NCBI GenBank assembly: GCA_047285305.1
Contig: JBJBDL010000003.1
Span: forward strand, 1,504,001 to 1,568,000
Length of the DNA: 64,000 bases
Source: Synechococcus sp.
GTDB taxonomy: Bacteria; Cyanobacteriota; Cyanobacteriia; PCC-6307; Cyanobiaceae
Direction of reading: 5' to 3'
A program made the position numbers and the translations under genes. Positions within the stretch are counted from its first letter, which is position 1; every line of letters begins with the position of its first letter. The notes beneath the pieces were generated by a model. It saw only the letters and a program-made list of their open reading frames with translations. It was not told where the DNA came from and made no database searches. This document shows, in pieces, positions 28,943 to 39,634 of this stretch.

Positions 28943-30473
28943 CCAGTTCCAACCGGTGCATCACCGGTGTTGGCTTTGGCAGCGCAGAACAGCTGCACAG
29001 CCTGCCCCAATTCAGCTGTTTCGACCAGTTGTCTGGATCCAGGCGTTCCCCAAGTTGAGACAGGATCCGCTCGCTGAGGTCGGGCAGCAGCGGGGCAAGC
29101 AGGAGTCCAACGATGCGGGTTGTTTCCAGCACAGCAAACAAATCCTCAGCAACGCTCGCCTCTTGACCGGGTTCCTTCATGCGACTCCAGGGAGCCGTGT
29201 CATTGAGATGACCGTTCGCGGCAATGGCCAACTGAAGGATCGACTCGGCAGCGGTCTTGAACGCGAGCTGCGGCATCGCTTCCATCACCGTGCTGACGGT
29301 TTTCGCAGCCTTGAGGGCCAGTGGATGGTCAGCACTTGAGGCTGCTCCTGCCGGGGGAACGCCGTTATCGAACCACTTGCGGGCCATGGACGACGTGCGA
29401 TTCAGCAGGTTGCCGATGGTGTTGGCCAGATCGTTGTTGACCAGATCCACAAAGCGTTGCTGTTGAAAATCGCCGTCTTCTCCGAATTGGATGTCGCGCA
29501 GAAGGTACCAACGAACGGCATCGCTGCCGCATCGCTCCAGCAACAGTTCCGGGTCCAGCACATTGCCGAGGGATTTGCCCATCTTCTGGCCCTCACGGGT
29601 GAGGAAGCCGTGGCCGAACACCTTTTGCGGCACAGGCAGTCCTGCAGACATGCACATGGCAGGCCAGAACACAGCGTGGAAGCGAAGGATGTCCTTGCCG
29701 ATCACGTGCACTGAGGCGGGCCAACCGCAGGAGGCGAGCCGATCGAGCGATACCGCTTCGCCATCATCAAGAAGCGCTGTGAGATACCCCAGCAGGGCAT
29801 CAAACCAGACATAAAAGGTGTGGCCTGGATGGTCGGGAACCGGAAGTCCCCAGGACACATTCACCCGCGAAATGGAGAAGTCGCGCAGGCCTTGGGCGAC
29901 GAAATTGCGCACTTCCTGTCGTCTGCTGGCAGGGGCGATGAAGTCATCGCGCGCCACCAATTCCTCAATGGCGGATTGATAACGGGAGAGCCGAAAGAAC
30001 AGGTTCTCCTCATCGCGCCATTCGAGAGGCTTGCGGTGGATCGAACAGGAGGGCGACTCCGCTTCAGCCGGATCGTCCTTGTATTCCTCGCAATCGACGC
30101 AGTACCAGCCGGTCTGCTTGCCGACGACAATGTCTCCGGATGCCTTGACCCGTTCGTAGAACTGTTCCACCAACTCCAGGTGGCGCGGGTTGGTGGTGCG
30201 CACAAAGCGATCTTCAGATATCCCCCACTGATTCCAGAGATCGCGGTAGCGGCTGCTGACCTTGTCGCAGTGGTCCTGGGGGCTCAGCTGCTGACGTTCT
30301 GCCGTGCGCTGAATCTTCTGGCCGTGCTCATCAACACCGGTCACGAAGGTCACCTTCTCCAGCTGCAGCCGCTCAAAGCGAGCCAAGGCATCACAGGCCA
30401 GGGTCGTGTACGTGCTGCCCAGATGGGGACGATCGTTGACGTAATAGAGCGGAGTCGTAAGGGTGTAGGGCAT
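28929..30473 (-). CDS. metG: Methionine--tRNA ligase
   Basis: TTPLYYVNDRPHLGS (HIGH), DEHGQKI, YVWFDAL, GKDILRFH, KMGKS. Confidence 0.97.
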   Translation of the reverse strand: MPYTLTTPLYYVNDRPHLGSTYTTLACDALARFERLQLEKVTFVTGVDEHGQKIQRTAERQQLSPQDHCDKVSSRYRDLWNQWGISEDRFVRTTNPRHLELVEQFYERVKASGDIVVGKQTGWYCVDCEEYKDDPAEAESPSCSIHRKPLEWRDEENLFFRLSRYQSAIEELVARDDFIAPASRRQEVRNFVAQGLRDFSISRVNVSWGLPVPDHPGHTFYVWFDALLGYLTALLDDGEAVSLDRLASCGWPASVHVIGKDILRFHAVFWPAMCMSAGLPVPQKVFGHGFLTREGQKMGKSLGNVLDPELLLERCGSDAVRWYLLRDIQFGEDGDFQQQRFVDLVNNDLANTIGNLLNRTSSMARKWFDNGVPPAGAASSADHPLALKAAKTVSTVMEAMPQLAFKTAAESILQLAIAANGHLNDTAPWSRMKEPGQEASVAEDLFAVLETTRIVGLLLAPLLPDLSERILSQLGERLDPDNWSKQLNWGRLCSCSALPKPTPVMHRLELDVPL

Positions 30474-30559
30474 CAGAAAAGTTCGAACTCCGCTGCACCG
30501 CAGCGACGACAGACTCTAACGAGCATGCCTATCTCGCTCCACGCCAGCCGGCCCTCGTC

Positions 30560-32347
30560 ATGACGAACCGCGACGTGGTGGTCTGGGGTGGTGGCTCAGG
30601 GGCCGTCGGTGCTGCTCTTCAGAGCGCGAGATCAGGAGCAGACACGACACTGTTCACCCCTGGCCTCTGGCTGGGGGGCATGGTGAGTTCGGCAGGAGTC
30701 TGTGCCCCGGATGGTCATGAACTGACCTGTTGGCAAACAGGAATCTGGGGCGCCTTTCTGCGGCAGTTGAAGTTGGAGGAGCCGAGCGGACTCGACCACA
30801 ACTGGGTGAGTTGTTTCGGATACAGGCCGAAAACAGCCGAACGGATCCTGCAACGCTGGGTGGCGGCTGAGCCAAGGCTGGAGTGGCGTCCCCATTGCAG
30901 GCTGGAACAGGTTCACGGGCAGCAGGGTCGCCTCCAGTCTGTGGAGATCCGCAGCGCCAACGGCGTAGAAAGCTTTTCCGCCGACGTGTTTGTGGATGGC
31001 AGCGATCTGGGTGATCTGCTTGCCCTGTCGTCGGCCCCCTTCCGCTGGGGTTGGGAAGCCAAGGAGATCTGGGATGAACCCAGCGCCCCCGAGCAGTCTC
31101 GGCTTGAGAACGAAGCGTTTTTTCAACAGCAACCGATTCAGTCACCCACCTGGGTGGTGATGGGCCAATTGGATGGGGAACTCGCTCCCCGTCATGCCGC
31201 TGCGATACCGCGGATTCCTTTCGATCAGAGCACCGCCAGCTTCGGCCTCGAGAAAACCATCACCTATGGCCGTCTGCCCAGCGGCCTTGTCATGCTCAAT
31301 TGGCCTCTGGAGGGCAATGACTGGCACAACGGCCTCGATCGAGCCATCTGTGCTGATGGTGAGGTTCGTACGGAGTTGGCCCAGGAGATGCAGCGGCACA
31401 GCAAGGATTTCCTTGCGGCGCTGGAGGAATGCAGCGGTGGTTGGCTCACCGCCGGCAACGCCTTCCCGGGAGCCGATCCCAGCCTGGCGTTGATGCCGTA
31501 CTGGCGAGAAAGTCGGCGGCTTATGGGACGCACAACGGTCACGGAACGCGACCTCTTGCCGATCTCCACAAAAGCCCTGCGGGGACCGCTCCCCATCGAT
31601 GCCCAGGGACGCTGCACCAGCATCGCTGTGGGCACCTATGCCAATGACCATCACTACCCGGGCGAGGACTGGCCACTCGCGCCGAAAAGCCTGCGTTGGG
31701 GAGGACGTTGGAGCGGTACGCCCTTCTGCATCCCCTTCGATGCCCTGATCTCAGACTCGATCCCCAACCTTGTGATGGCCGAGAAAGGCTTCAGCGTCAG
31801 CCACATGGCCAATGGGGCCACGCGTCTGCAGCCCTTGATTCTCAACCTGGGCCAGGTGGCGGGTCTGGCAGCGGCCATGGCCGTTCGCCAGGGCTGTGAC
31901 CTTGTTGATCTAAATGTTGAGGCCATCCAGTCAGCCCTGATCCACGAGCCGCAGGCCCCTGCAGCAGTCCTCCCGATCTGGGACTGGCCGTACTGGCATC
32001 CGCACTGGGTCAAGGCACAGGAGCAGGGCTTGGCTCAGCCTGAACACCTTGACGCCATGGGCTGCCTTTCAGGCCCACGGGCCAGCATGTTGCTTCCCCC
32101 TGACGTGAACCAGGCGCCAAATCAGCCCCATGAGGCTTGTCTCAGTGGCGTGATCACAGGCAACCTCCAGGAGGGCTATCAATTGGAAACCGCTGAAAGG
32201 ATCTGGCCTCTGATCACACTGGAACCGGCAATCCATCGCTGGCTATCCGAAGAGGATCACTCGGACCGACCCCTGAACCTCCGCGGCATCAAGAATCCCT
32301 GGGGTCCTTGGGTTCGGATCACCGGGGTTCTGGATCAAGCCAATTGA
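30560..32347 (+). CDS. FAD-dependent oxidoreductase
   Basis: VVVWGGGSGAVGAA Rossmann motif, FVDGSDLGD, PYWRESRRL, SHMANGATRLQP. Confidence 0.88.
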   Translation: MTNRDVVVWGGGSGAVGAALQSARSGADTTLFTPGLWLGGMVSSAGVCAPDGHELTCWQTGIWGAFLRQLKLEEPSGLDHNWVSCFGYRPKTAERILQRWVAAEPRLEWRPHCRLEQVHGQQGRLQSVEIRSANGVESFSADVFVDGSDLGDLLALSSAPFRWGWEAKEIWDEPSAPEQSRLENEAFFQQQPIQSPTWVVMGQLDGELAPRHAAAIPRIPFDQSTASFGLEKTITYGRLPSGLVMLNWPLEGNDWHNGLDRAICADGEVRTELAQEMQRHSKDFLAALEECSGGWLTAGNAFPGADPSLALMPYWRESRRLMGRTTVTERDLLPISTKALRGPLPIDAQGRCTSIAVGTYANDHHYPGEDWPLAPKSLRWGGRWSGTPFCIPFDALISDSIPNLVMAEKGFSVSHMANGATRLQPLILNLGQVAGLAAAMAVRQGCDLVDLNVEAIQSALIHEPQAPAAVLPIWDWPYWHPHWVKAQEQGLAQPEHLDAMGCLSGPRASMLLPPDVNQAPNQPHEACLSGVITGNLQEGYQLETAERIWPLITLEPAIHRWLSEEDHSDRPLNLRGIKNPWGPWVRITGVLDQAN

Positions 32348-34365
32348 AGCTGCAGCTCACCGCGTACCGGGTCAGCACGCCCCACCTTTAGTTCAAGAGC
32401 GTCGCCAGGAACAGGGTCTGCTGCAGAAACACAACCGACCAGATCCATAGCCAGCTCGCTCACATGAACCAGGGCCAAGCGATCCTGCGGGCGCAGCCAG
32501 CGCAGGAATACGGCCGACCAAACAGTGTTGTGATGCTCGGCGAACCAAACCTGCTGCCAGTGGCGCTGATCCTCACGGCTGATCTGAATGGATTGGCGCA
32601 ATGGATCATCGAGATCGTCAATCACTTCCCCCAGACGCTCTTCATCCATCGGTGCAAGCGACGAGAGCTGGGCAACGATTTGCCGGTGGGCGACGAGATC
32701 TGCGTAGCGTCGAATAGGTGACGTCGCCTGCACATAGGCCTCAAGCCCGAGACTGAAATGGGGCATGGCTCGCGTTCCCTGCACGCCTCGGCTCAAGCAG
32801 CGCTTGATCGCCGCATCACGGGCTGGTCCCTCAGGGATTCGATCGAGTTCATCGCTGGAGGGCAGCTCCGCCGCAGGTTGACTGCGGAAGGGCAACGGCA
32901 GGCTGTGCTCTTGCCCAAAGCTGGCCACAACAGCCCCCATCAGCAGCATCGCTTCACTCACCATCAGGCGGGAGGGTGAAGGGTCAATCACCTGAAGCGT
33001 CAAGGCCCCATCGCTACGCCGGAAGCGTCCTTCAGGCCGGTCAAACATCACGGCTCCTTTGGATTGGCGCCAGCGCATGCGCAACATCATCAGTCCCGAG
33101 AGATCCGAGAGGGCTTCATCGCCTGGGGGTGCCAACTCGATCAGCTCATCACCATCGGTGTAGGTGAGGCCATAGCGGGGTCGGATCCAGCTGCGCGCAA
33201 TCCGTTGTTCGGCCACGGCACCATCGTCATCAAGGCGAACGGCCAGACTCACGGCTGCACAACGCTGGCCAGCCCGAAGACTTAGGGGACCGGCCGCCAG
33301 CACCAGAGGGAGCATCGGCATCACACCCTCTGCCAGATACAAACTGGTGGCTCGACGTCTGGCTTCCTTATCAAGGGGTGAGTCAATGTCGATCAGACGG
33401 CTTGGATCAGCGATGTGGATCCAGATCCAATCGACGCCATCACGACGCTCCAGCGAGAGCGCGTCATCAATTTCTCGGGTACCCGCATCGTCCAGGCTGT
33501 AGGTGGCCAAGTGAGTGAGGTCGATGCGTTGCGCATCCCCAGGTAGCTCTTCATTCGACAGAGCTACAAGACGATTCGCTTCCTCCACCAAATCAGGAGG
33601 AAAACTGCGAGACCAGACGCTGCCCCGCAGGCCAATGGGCTCATTTGGATCGAGCAACCCACGGACAATTAACCACTGCCGCAGATCGGCGGCATCCGAT
33701 CCAATCGACAACGCTGCCGACCACTGCTGGAGATCAAGGTCGGAACCCACTGCAGCGGGATTGTCTTTCAGCAACTGAATCCAGTGGCTGAAGCGCTCGT
33801 CCCAAACCGGGTCCAGCTCCAGGCGTTCATCGTCGCTAAGGGCTCGCTCAGCCCGAAGCAACGCGAGCTGTCGGTGTTCATGCTGTTGCGCCTGCCGCTC
33901 AGCTCGGCGTTGGCGCCGAAGGATGGCCCTCTCTTCGCGGGATAGTGGCTGGATCAAACGGTCACGACGCCAGCGGAACAACTGTTGGTTCCCATGCAGC
34001 CAGGCCCATAGCGCAGCCAGCCCAGCGAGGTTGAACGGGGTCAACACCAACTCGCCCAGCTCGCAGAGGCTCAGTCGAGCTGATCCCCCCGGTTGATCCG
34101 TTTCCAACAGCTGCCAAGCCTCCACAACAGCCCGTGCCGATGGAGCACTGTCCTGCACCTGCTGAGGTGCAGGAAGATCACTGTGAATGAAGCGATGTTC
34201 GGGATCAATAGGAATCAAGTCGCGCAGGGGCAGGCCCTGGTCACAACGTTGACCACCAAAAGAAAGAACCGCCTTGCTGCCCTTGATGGACAGAAGACGG
34301 CCGAAAAGAGGAGAACCCTTGAGAACTACCGCGACGGTGTCCCCGGTTTGGATTGAGTTGTTCAA
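32335..34365 (-). CDS. rnb: Ribonuclease II / RNB-domain exoribonuclease
   Basis: Intact SLDDAGTREIDDALS, HIADP, TSLYL, QATSPIRRYADL. Confidence 0.92.
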   Translation of the reverse strand: MNNSIQTGDTVAVVLKGSPLFGRLLSIKGSKAVLSFGGQRCDQGLPLRDLIPIDPEHRFIHSDLPAPQQVQDSAPSARAVVEAWQLLETDQPGGSARLSLCELGELVLTPFNLAGLAALWAWLHGNQQLFRWRRDRLIQPLSREERAILRRQRRAERQAQQHEHRQLALLRAERALSDDERLELDPVWDERFSHWIQLLKDNPAAVGSDLDLQQWSAALSIGSDAADLRQWLIVRGLLDPNEPIGLRGSVWSRSFPPDLVEEANRLVALSNEELPGDAQRIDLTHLATYSLDDAGTREIDDALSLERRDGVDWIWIHIADPSRLIDIDSPLDKEARRRATSLYLAEGVMPMLPLVLAAGPLSLRAGQRCAAVSLAVRLDDDGAVAEQRIARSWIRPRYGLTYTDGDELIELAPPGDEALSDLSGLMMLRMRWRQSKGAVMFDRPEGRFRRSDGALTLQVIDPSPSRLMVSEAMLLMGAVVASFGQEHSLPLPFRSQPAAELPSSDELDRIPEGPARDAAIKRCLSRGVQGTRAMPHFSLGLEAYVQATSPIRRYADLVAHRQIVAQLSSLAPMDEERLGEVIDDLDDPLRQSIQISREDQRHWQQVWFAEHHNTVWSAVFLRWLRPQDRLALVHVSELAMDLVGCVSAADPVPGDALELKVGRADPVRGELQLQLA

Positions 34366-34375
34366 CGCCGGAGGA

Positions 34376-34597
34376 TCAACCTTCGGGGTTCACAAACGGC
34401 AGAAGGGCAACGATGCGAGCACGCTTGACGGCGTTGGTGAGATCGCGCTGCTGCTTGGCAGTAAGGCCGGTGAGACGACGGGGAAGGATCTTGCCGCGTT
34501 CGGTGATGAACTTCTTGAGAAGATCCACATCCTTGTAATCGATGGGATCACCGGGCTTGATCGGCGAAAGACGCTTCTTGAAGAAGGAGCTGGACAT
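34376..34597 (-). CDS. rpsR: 30S ribosomal protein S18
   Basis: [27 protein letters not shown]. Confidence 0.98.
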
Positions 34598-34635
34598 GAA
34601 TCAGGAACGGATGGAGGAAAGACGGACCTGCAAGG

Positions 34636-34830
34636 TCACTTGATCTCCTTGTGGAGCGTGGCCTTGTTGCAGTGGGGACAGAACTTTTTGATCTCCAGCC
34701 GTTCGGTGGTGTTCCGGCGGTTCTTTTCCGTCGTGTAGCGAGACACGCCGGGTGAACGCTTGGCGGGATTGGACCGGCATTCGGTGCACTCGAGGGTGAT
34801 CACGATCCGGACGCCCTTGTTCTTGGCCAT
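34636..34830 (-). CDS. rpmG: 50S ribosomal protein L33
   Basis: [35 protein letters not shown]. Confidence 0.98.
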   Translation of the reverse strand: MAKNKGVRIVITLECTECRSNPAKRSPGVSRYTTEKNRRNTTERLEIKKFCPHCNKATLHKEIK

Positions 34831-34957
34831 AAAGGACGTTGCGCCGCAGGTGCGAAGCGAATTGACAAACATCGAGCTTACCCCCTGACCCGACAGGATC
34901 AGAGCAGCTCTCCCAGGGGGGACTTCCTAAGATCGCGCGCTGTCTGGCTTAGATCCG

Positions 34958-37381
34958 ATGCGGGTATCCATCTCCTGGCTGAAGCAGCTGGTTCAGGTGA
35001 ATGAGTCCGTGGAAGATCTCTCCGAGCGTCTTTCGATGGCGGGCTTTGAGGTGGACGACGTTGATGACCTCAGCGCTCGGGCCCATGGCGTGGTGGTCGG
35101 CCATGTGCTGGAACGGGAGAAACACCCCAACGCCGACAAGCTCAGCGTCTGCAGAGTGGACGTTGGAGCTCAAGACCCCATCCAGATCGTCTGCGGTGCC
35201 GGCAACGTGCGTGCCGGCATCCATGTGCCGGTGGCCATGGTCGGAGCCACCCTCCCCGCCGTTGGCTTGACGATCAAAGCCGGTGAATTGCGGGGTGTTG
35301 CCAGCAACGGAATGATCTGCTCCCTGACCGAGCTGGGCCTGATGGAGGAATCCGACGGAATCGCCATCCTTGATGAGCTGGATAAATCCTTACCGCCCAA
35401 CGGGTCGCCTGTGGCCCCGCTGTTGGGACTCGACGACATCGTTCTGGAGCTGGCCATCACCGCCAATCGCCCCGACGGCCTCTCCATGGTGGGTATCGCT
35501 CGCGAGGTGGCGGCCCTGACCGGTGGCAGCTTGAGCCTGCCCGAGCTGGATCTGGAACCCAGCAACACTCCGCTGAAAACAGAACTTGACGGCTGCTTTT
35601 ATTCGATCACCAAGATCGAGGGTGTGGACGGCTCCAAGCCCTCACCCACCTGGTTGCAGCAGCGCCTCGAGCGTGGTGGCGTGAACAGCGTCAATGCGGT
35701 GGTTGACGTCACCAATCTGGTGATGCTGGAACAGGGGCAGCCCCTCCACGCCTTTGATGCCGATGCGCTGGAACAACTGACCGGGCAACCGGTTGAAGCC
35801 AAGAGTTTTGCGGTCCGTTCCGCTCGCGATGGGGAAATCTTCGTTGGTCTGGATGATCAGAAGCGAAGCCTCGATAGCCGTGTGCAGGTCGTCACCTGCC
35901 ATGACCGACCTATCGCCGTCGCAGGTGTAATGGGGAGTCTCGAGAGTGGGGTGACCGACAGAACCCGGAACATCTGGCTTGAATCCGCTCTGTTTGCATC
36001 GCCGAGGGTTCGTCAGTCGGCCCGGGCCTTGGGCTTGCGCACGGATGCCAGCAGCCGTTTCGAAAAAGGGTTGCCGGTAGAAATGACCCTGCCCTGTTCA
36101 GCCCGTGCTTCGGCCTTATTGAGTCAGGAGTTTTCCTGCTCTGTGAGAGGCCGTTGGGTGGGCGGTAACGGTCCCGCAGAAGCGGAACCGGTGCTGTTGA
36201 GGCGCAGTGCCCTCCATCAACTGCTTGGCCCCCTCGATGCTGCCAATGGCTCGGAGGATCTGGATGACACCAGCATCGAAAACTGCCTGACAGCCCTTGG
36301 TTGCCAGCTCTTAGCGCATGAGCAGGGATGGCAGGTGATTGCACCGCCCTCGAGACGGCAAGACCTCCAACGTGAAGTTGATCTGATCGAGGAGGTGGCT
36401 CGTCTTGTGGGCTTCGATCGGTTTGAGGCACACCTGCCGGATCCTCTGGAGCCTGGTGCCCTCACACCGCGCCAGAAGGCGGAACGGCGCCTGCGGCAGC
36501 TTTTCTGTTCCACAGGGCTACAGGAGGTCACCACCCTGTCTCTCGTTCCGGCTTCCGAGCAGGAACAGCGCATCGCCATCAGCAATCCGTTGTTGGCCGA
36601 CACAAGCCATCTGCGCACGAACCTCTGGGAAGAGCACCTGCAGATCTGTGTTCGCAATCTGAAGGCATCGCAGCGGGGTTGCTCTGTCTTTGAGATCGGC
36701 AGCACCTACAGCGGATCATCGGAAGCCGTAAGCCAGACCGCCGTTCTGGGTGGCGTGATCTGCGGAGATCGACGCCTCTCTACCTGGGCCACCAGCGGCA
36801 AGCCGCAGGCGCCCGACTACTACCAGGCCCGTGGCGTTCTCACAAGGGTCATGGAGGCCTTGCAGCTGGAACTGTCTGACCGTCGCCTGACGGACGATGC
36901 ACGACTGCATCCGGGTCGGGCCGCCACCTTGGTGTTGGAGGGACGCCCCTTGGGTTGTTTCGGTCAGCTTCACCCAGCCATGGCTGAAGAGCTCGATCTT
37001 CCTGAAGCCACCTATCTGTTCGAACTCGACCTTGCGCGACTGCTTGATGCCGCCACCCGCAGCAACCGCTGGACGCCATCCTTCAAGCCCTACCCAACCG
37101 TGCCTTTCAGCGAGCGGGATCTTGCCGTCATCGTCGACCGATCCAGTGCAGCTGCCGATCTGATCCAAGCCATCCGCAAGGCGGGCAAACCTCTTCTGGA
37201 GCAGGTGGAACTGGTGGATCGCTTTGAGGGCGAGCAGCTTGGCGACAACAAAGTGAGCCAGGCCTTCCGTCTGCGCTATCGCGGCAAGAACGAAACCCTC
37301 ACCGACGACAAAATTCAGCCTGTTCACGACAAGGTGCGTGCCGCTTTGAGCAAGCAGTTTCAGGCTGAGCTCAGGAGCTAA
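34958..37381 (+). CDS. pheT: Phenylalanine--tRNA ligase beta subunit
   Basis: KHPNADKL, IVCGA, TANRPDGLS, GQPLHAFD, DLIEEVARL, ERDLA. Confidence 0.97.
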   Translation: MRVSISWLKQLVQVNESVEDLSERLSMAGFEVDDVDDLSARAHGVVVGHVLEREKHPNADKLSVCRVDVGAQDPIQIVCGAGNVRAGIHVPVAMVGATLPAVGLTIKAGELRGVASNGMICSLTELGLMEESDGIAILDELDKSLPPNGSPVAPLLGLDDIVLELAITANRPDGLSMVGIAREVAALTGGSLSLPELDLEPSNTPLKTELDGCFYSITKIEGVDGSKPSPTWLQQRLERGGVNSVNAVVDVTNLVMLEQGQPLHAFDADALEQLTGQPVEAKSFAVRSARDGEIFVGLDDQKRSLDSRVQVVTCHDRPIAVAGVMGSLESGVTDRTRNIWLESALFASPRVRQSARALGLRTDASSRFEKGLPVEMTLPCSARASALLSQEFSCSVRGRWVGGNGPAEAEPVLLRRSALHQLLGPLDAANGSEDLDDTSIENCLTALGCQLLAHEQGWQVIAPPSRRQDLQREVDLIEEVARLVGFDRFEAHLPDPLEPGALTPRQKAERRLRQLFCSTGLQEVTTLSLVPASEQEQRIAISNPLLADTSHLRTNLWEEHLQICVRNLKASQRGCSVFEIGSTYSGSSEAVSQTAVLGGVICGDRRLSTWATSGKPQAPDYYQARGVLTRVMEALQLELSDRRLTDDARLHPGRAATLVLEGRPLGCFGQLHPAMAEELDLPEATYLFELDLARLLDAATRSNRWTPSFKPYPTVPFSERDLAVIVDRSSAAADLIQAIRKAGKPLLEQVELVDRFEGEQLGDNKVSQAFRLRYRGKNETLTDDKIQPVHDKVRAALSKQFQAELRS

Positions 37382-38768
37382 CGCGTTTCAGCAGCGCTAA
37401 CGATTCCAGATGCGTTGTCTGGGGGAAGAAGTCCACGGGCTGAAGCATCTCCAGCTCGTAAGTGCCTGATGGGACGAGCAATGCTTTCAGATCCCGTGCC
37501 TGGGTGGCGGGGTCACAGCTGAGATACGCCAGCACAGCTGGAGACCGCTCAAGGACGCTGTCCACGACGCGTCGATCGAGACCCCGGCGCGGTGGATCCA
37601 ACACCAGCGCATGGCAGTCCTCCAGTTTTGCAGCGAGCAGGTCTGCCACATCGCCGGCATCAAAGGCACAGCGGGAGGAGAGGCCGTTGTGCATGGCATT
37701 CAGCCGGGCCTGCTCTACCGAGTCGGGGTTGAGTTCCAGACCTTGAACATCAAAACCGGCCTTGGCCAGGGGCAGGGCAATGGTTCCTACGCCGCAATAA
37801 GCGTCGACCACCCGTGCGCCGGCGCACTGAAACAAAAGCCAGTCTATGAGCCGCTGAACGATCCGTTCCGCCTGAGGCGTATTCACCTGAACAAATGTTG
37901 TGCTGCTTAGGGCGAGCTTGATGCCGCAGAACTCGTCCTCAATGGTGGGAACACCGGCGAGGCAATGGGTGGTTCGACCGAGAACAAGATTGTTGGCCTT
38001 GGGTTGAAGGTTGAGGCAGACCCCTTTCACCGCGGGCCAACGCTCCACCCAGCTCTGAGCGAGGTCCTCAAGGCCTCGAAGCTCAGCATGGCTGCTGATC
38101 AGCGTGATCAACACGTCTCCGGTGGCGCTGGCAAGACGAAGCCCGAGATGGCGCAGACCCTGAGCTTCGAGCAGGTCATGATCGGCCGGCCACCCCCCTG
38201 CATCCAGGTCTTTCTTGAGAGGTTCCACCAACGCGTCCAAGCGTGGATCAAGCACCGGGCAATGGTTCAGGTTGACGATCTTGTGGGTCTTCGGTCGGAA
38301 GTAGCCGGCCTTTAAGCGTCCGTTCTGGTCTCTTTTCAGCGGGATCAAGGCCCTGTTGCGGTAACCGAAGGAGCGTTCCGCATCAACAAGCGTGGGCGCA
38401 GGGCCAACGTCAATCCCCCCGATGCGCTGCATGGTCTGTTGAATCTGCTGGGCTTTCCAACGAGTTTGGGCGGGGTCATCCAGGCGTTGGAGGGTGCACC
38501 CACCGCAGTCATCGGCAAGGATGCAGGGAGGTCGGCGACGATCTGCGGAGAACGTGATCTGATCCACCCGACGGCTCAACCAGCGCGATTTTTGGCGTTG
38601 CTGCAGCTGAACCGTGGCGCGCTCCCCCGGTAAGAGATCAGGAACGACGATCACCCAGTTGTTCCAACGGGCCAAACCCTTGCCGTCGCGATCCAGGTCA
38701 ACAGCCTCGAGCTCAATCGTGAGCCCAGGCCGCGGTTCACTGCTGTTCGGGCTGTCGACTTTGGTCAT
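37371..38768 (-). CDS. rlmD: 23S rRNA (uracil-1939-C5)-methyltransferase
   Basis: TRAM domain, CILADDCGGC, FVQVN, DAYCGVG, LDPPRRG, YLSCDPAT, DFFPQTTHLE. Confidence 0.93.
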   Translation of the reverse strand: MTKVDSPNSSEPRPGLTIELEAVDLDRDGKGLARWNNWVIVVPDLLPGERATVQLQQRQKSRWLSRRVDQITFSADRRRPPCILADDCGGCTLQRLDDPAQTRWKAQQIQQTMQRIGGIDVGPAPTLVDAERSFGYRNRALIPLKRDQNGRLKAGYFRPKTHKIVNLNHCPVLDPRLDALVEPLKKDLDAGGWPADHDLLEAQGLRHLGLRLASATGDVLITLISSHAELRGLEDLAQSWVERWPAVKGVCLNLQPKANNLVLGRTTHCLAGVPTIEDEFCGIKLALSSTTFVQVNTPQAERIVQRLIDWLLFQCAGARVVDAYCGVGTIALPLAKAGFDVQGLELNPDSVEQARLNAMHNGLSSRCAFDAGDVADLLAAKLEDCHALVLDPPRRGLDRRVVDSVLERSPAVLAYLSCDPATQARDLKALLVPSGTYELEMLQPVDFFPQTTHLESLALLKRVSS

Positions 38769-38868
38769 GCTCTCGATTCCCTGCCATTGCAATGGCGTAA
38801 CACCCGGACTGTGATGGGTCAGGTGAGCGGGTAGAGACCACTAAACTCCACGAAGCCTGCCCAGTTCC

Positions 38869-39363
38869 ATGAGCGTTGTCCGGGATCTCATCCTCCAGGC
38901 CGATGACGATCTGCGGTATCCCACCAGCGGAGAACTCCGCACCATGGTGGATTTTCTTGACCAAGGCGCCATGCGCGTTTCTGTGGTCAAGGTTCTGACC
39001 GAGAACGAAAAGAAGATCGTCGACGAATCCGCCAAGCAACTGTTTGGTCGCAAACCCGAGTACGTCGCACCTGGCGGTAATGCCTACGGTCAGCGCCAGC
39101 GGGCCCAGTGCCTGCGCGACTACAGCTGGTACCTCCGTCTTATCACCTACGGAGTTCTGGCCGGCAGCACCGAAATGATCCAGGAGATCGGCCTGGTGGG
39201 CGCTCGCGAGATGTACAACAGCCTCGGTGTTCCGATGCCCGGCATGGTTGAAGCCATGAAGTGCATGAAGGAAGCCTCCCTATCGTTGTTGTCGGAACAA
39301 CAGGTGAAGCTCGCATCTCCTTACTTCGACTTCTTGATTCAGGGCATGCAGACGTCGACCTGA
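38869..39363 (+). CDS. apcD: Allophycocyanin alpha-B subunit
   Basis: MSVVRDLILQADDDLRYPTSGEL, GGNAYG, QCLRDYSWYLRLITYG. Confidence 0.95.
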   Translation: MSVVRDLILQADDDLRYPTSGELRTMVDFLDQGAMRVSVVKVLTENEKKIVDESAKQLFGRKPEYVAPGGNAYGQRQRAQCLRDYSWYLRLITYGVLAGSTEMIQEIGLVGAREMYNSLGVPMPGMVEAMKCMKEASLSLLSEQQVKLASPYFDFLIQGMQTST

Positions 39364-39387
39364 TTCAAAGTGCGACACCCTCAAAGA

Positions 39388-39412
39388 GCCGGGCCTTCGA
39401 GCCCGGTTTTTT
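39388..39412 (+). terminator. Intrinsic terminator of apcD
   Basis: GCCGGGC-CTTCGA-GCCCGGT followed by a T run. Confidence 0.88.
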
Positions 39413-39423
39413 ATTGCCTACTC

Positions 39424-39472
39424 GTCTTAGATAAGACTTGCCATCAGACCTGGAACGGGTCTCAGACGAGAT
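39424..39472 (+). repeat. 49-bp double-dyad element, copy 1
   Basis: GTCTTAGATAAGAC-TTGCCATCAGACCTGGAACGG-GTCTCAGACGAGAT. Confidence 0.85.
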
Positions 39473-39601
39473 GTAAGAGGTAGCTATACAGTCTCTGCAT
39501 GCCCATTCGAGACAAGAAACGAGTCACGTACAAATTCCCAGCTAATCAGCCAGAGATTGAGCTTTCATTGGACCGATAAGGGTTTCAAATCCGCCGATTA
39601 A

Positions 39602-39634
39602 CCTGCGTACCTGTGTCTACAGCAGGTACGCAGG
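39602..39634. repeat. Perfect 12-bp inverted repeat
   Basis: CCTGCGTACCTG-N9-CAGGTACGCAGG; no T tail. Confidence 0.85.

Noticed and set aside
34376..34830. Zinc-motif status of ribosomal proteins (L33 with two CxxC; S18 and L32 Cys-free)
   Set aside because: Ordinary for cyanobacteria; no paralogue or regulatory signal seen.
34910..34923. CTCCCAGGGGGGAC as another dyad copy
   Set aside because: Lacks the invariant GTC start and has no partner dyad 35 bp away; consistent with chance.
39580..39598. GGGTTTCAAATCCGCC resembling a tRNA T-arm fragment (attR)
   Set aside because: Too short and imperfect, with no acceptor-stem continuation; cannot be supported without the genome's tRNA set.
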